Below are positions 35,313 through 35,685 of a stretch of DNA of 35,685 nt, piece after piece; positions within the stretch are counted from its first letter, which is position 1, and each line of letters begins with the position of its first letter. The translations under genes and the position numbers were made by a program. Source of the stretch: a virus (lineage: Duplodnaviria; Caudoviricetes). Below the pieces are notes generated by a model. That model did no database searches and had not been told where the DNA came from. It saw only the letters and a list, made by a program, of their open reading frames with translations. The stretch lies in IMG/VR virus record IMGVR_UViG_3300048579_000427, positions 1 through 35,685 of that record; one strand, 5' to 3'.

Positions 35313-35685
35313 AAAACAAAGAATTTTACAATTTGCTGAAAATGAAGGTATTTCTAAGTATGAATTATATCAAAAAACAGGAATATCTAATGGTGTTTTT
35401 TCACAGAAAGGTGGAATATCTGAAGAAAATCTGCTGAAATTTCTCTCTTACTATAACAATATAAATGAATGTTGGATACTTAGAGGAAAAGGAGAAATGA
35501 TTAAAAATGATACAATTGACAATGTAATTACAATAGATAATAAAAATGAATCGTATAAATTTCTTTTAAACAGGATCGAAGAGCTTGCAATCGAAAATTC
35601 GGCGCTAAAAAATGAAATTACCGACTTAAAAAAGAAAAAAAAGTATGATGAACCTGGTTGCTTGTCTATTGCATCAGAGCCTTAA
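35281..35685 (+). CDS. Prophage repressor (HTH, CI/c-like); start probably ATG 35281
   Basis: IKQRILQF...ISKYELYQKTGISNG...WILRGKGEM, C-terminal coiled coil; divergent from early operon. Confidence 0.8.
   Translation: MQENNREISVIKQRILQFAENEGISKYELYQKTGISNGVFSQKGGISEENLLKFLSYYNNINECWILRGKGEMIKNDTIDNVITIDNKNESYKFLLNRIEELAIENSALKNEITDLKKKKKYDEPGCLSIASEP

Larger units (their letters stand above)
1..35685. mobile_element. Mu-like transposable (pro)phage, siphovirus-type tail, partial (both termini outside window)
   Basis: Repressor/Ner-like/DDE transposase/AAA ATPase early block; Mu gp28/gp36/gp29/gp30/gpG-like packaging block; capsid, lysis and tail genes; no tail sheath gene seen. Confidence 0.93.

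Noticed and set aside
1-35685. Mu-type ends (TG...CA, transposase sites), invertible G segment/invertase, mom gene
   Set aside because: Window starts inside a tail gene and stops at the repressor stop codon; none of these is visible.

Overview
Most of a Mu-like (transposable) temperate phage/prophage, probably from a Bacteroidota host (TAnnTTTG promoter boxes, Bacteroidota-type REP-like repeats, AT-rich translation starts). Right to left: a CI/c-like repressor, then a divergent leftward early operon (Ner/Cro-like HTH, DDE transposase, MuB-like ATPase, second ATPase, DUF3164- and GemA-like proteins, accessory ORFs, antirepressor). Next is a rightward packaging block (terminase subunits, gp36-like, DUF935 portal, MuF, gpG-like, gp37-like). 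Last is a leftward block: Clp protease, capsid, lysis cassette, tail tube, chaperones, tape measure and Ig-repeat tail proteins. The standout is an intact-looking diversity-generating retroelement (DGR) inside the EARLY operon. It has an RT (26433-27383), an 81-nt template repeat (27501-27581) and two small paralogous non-tail target genes whose variable regions differ from the TR only at adenines (14/14 and 10/10 mismatches). No avd is recognisable; a translationally coupled 103-aa ORF follows the RT instead. Two tRNA-like RNA folds lie just upstream of the targets. Also seen: a probable -1 recoding site fusing portal to MuF, a canonical tail-chaperone -1 frameshift, and a switch-like leader on the antirepressor. 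The phage ends are not in the window. Family assignments come from motif recognition and synteny, not database searches.
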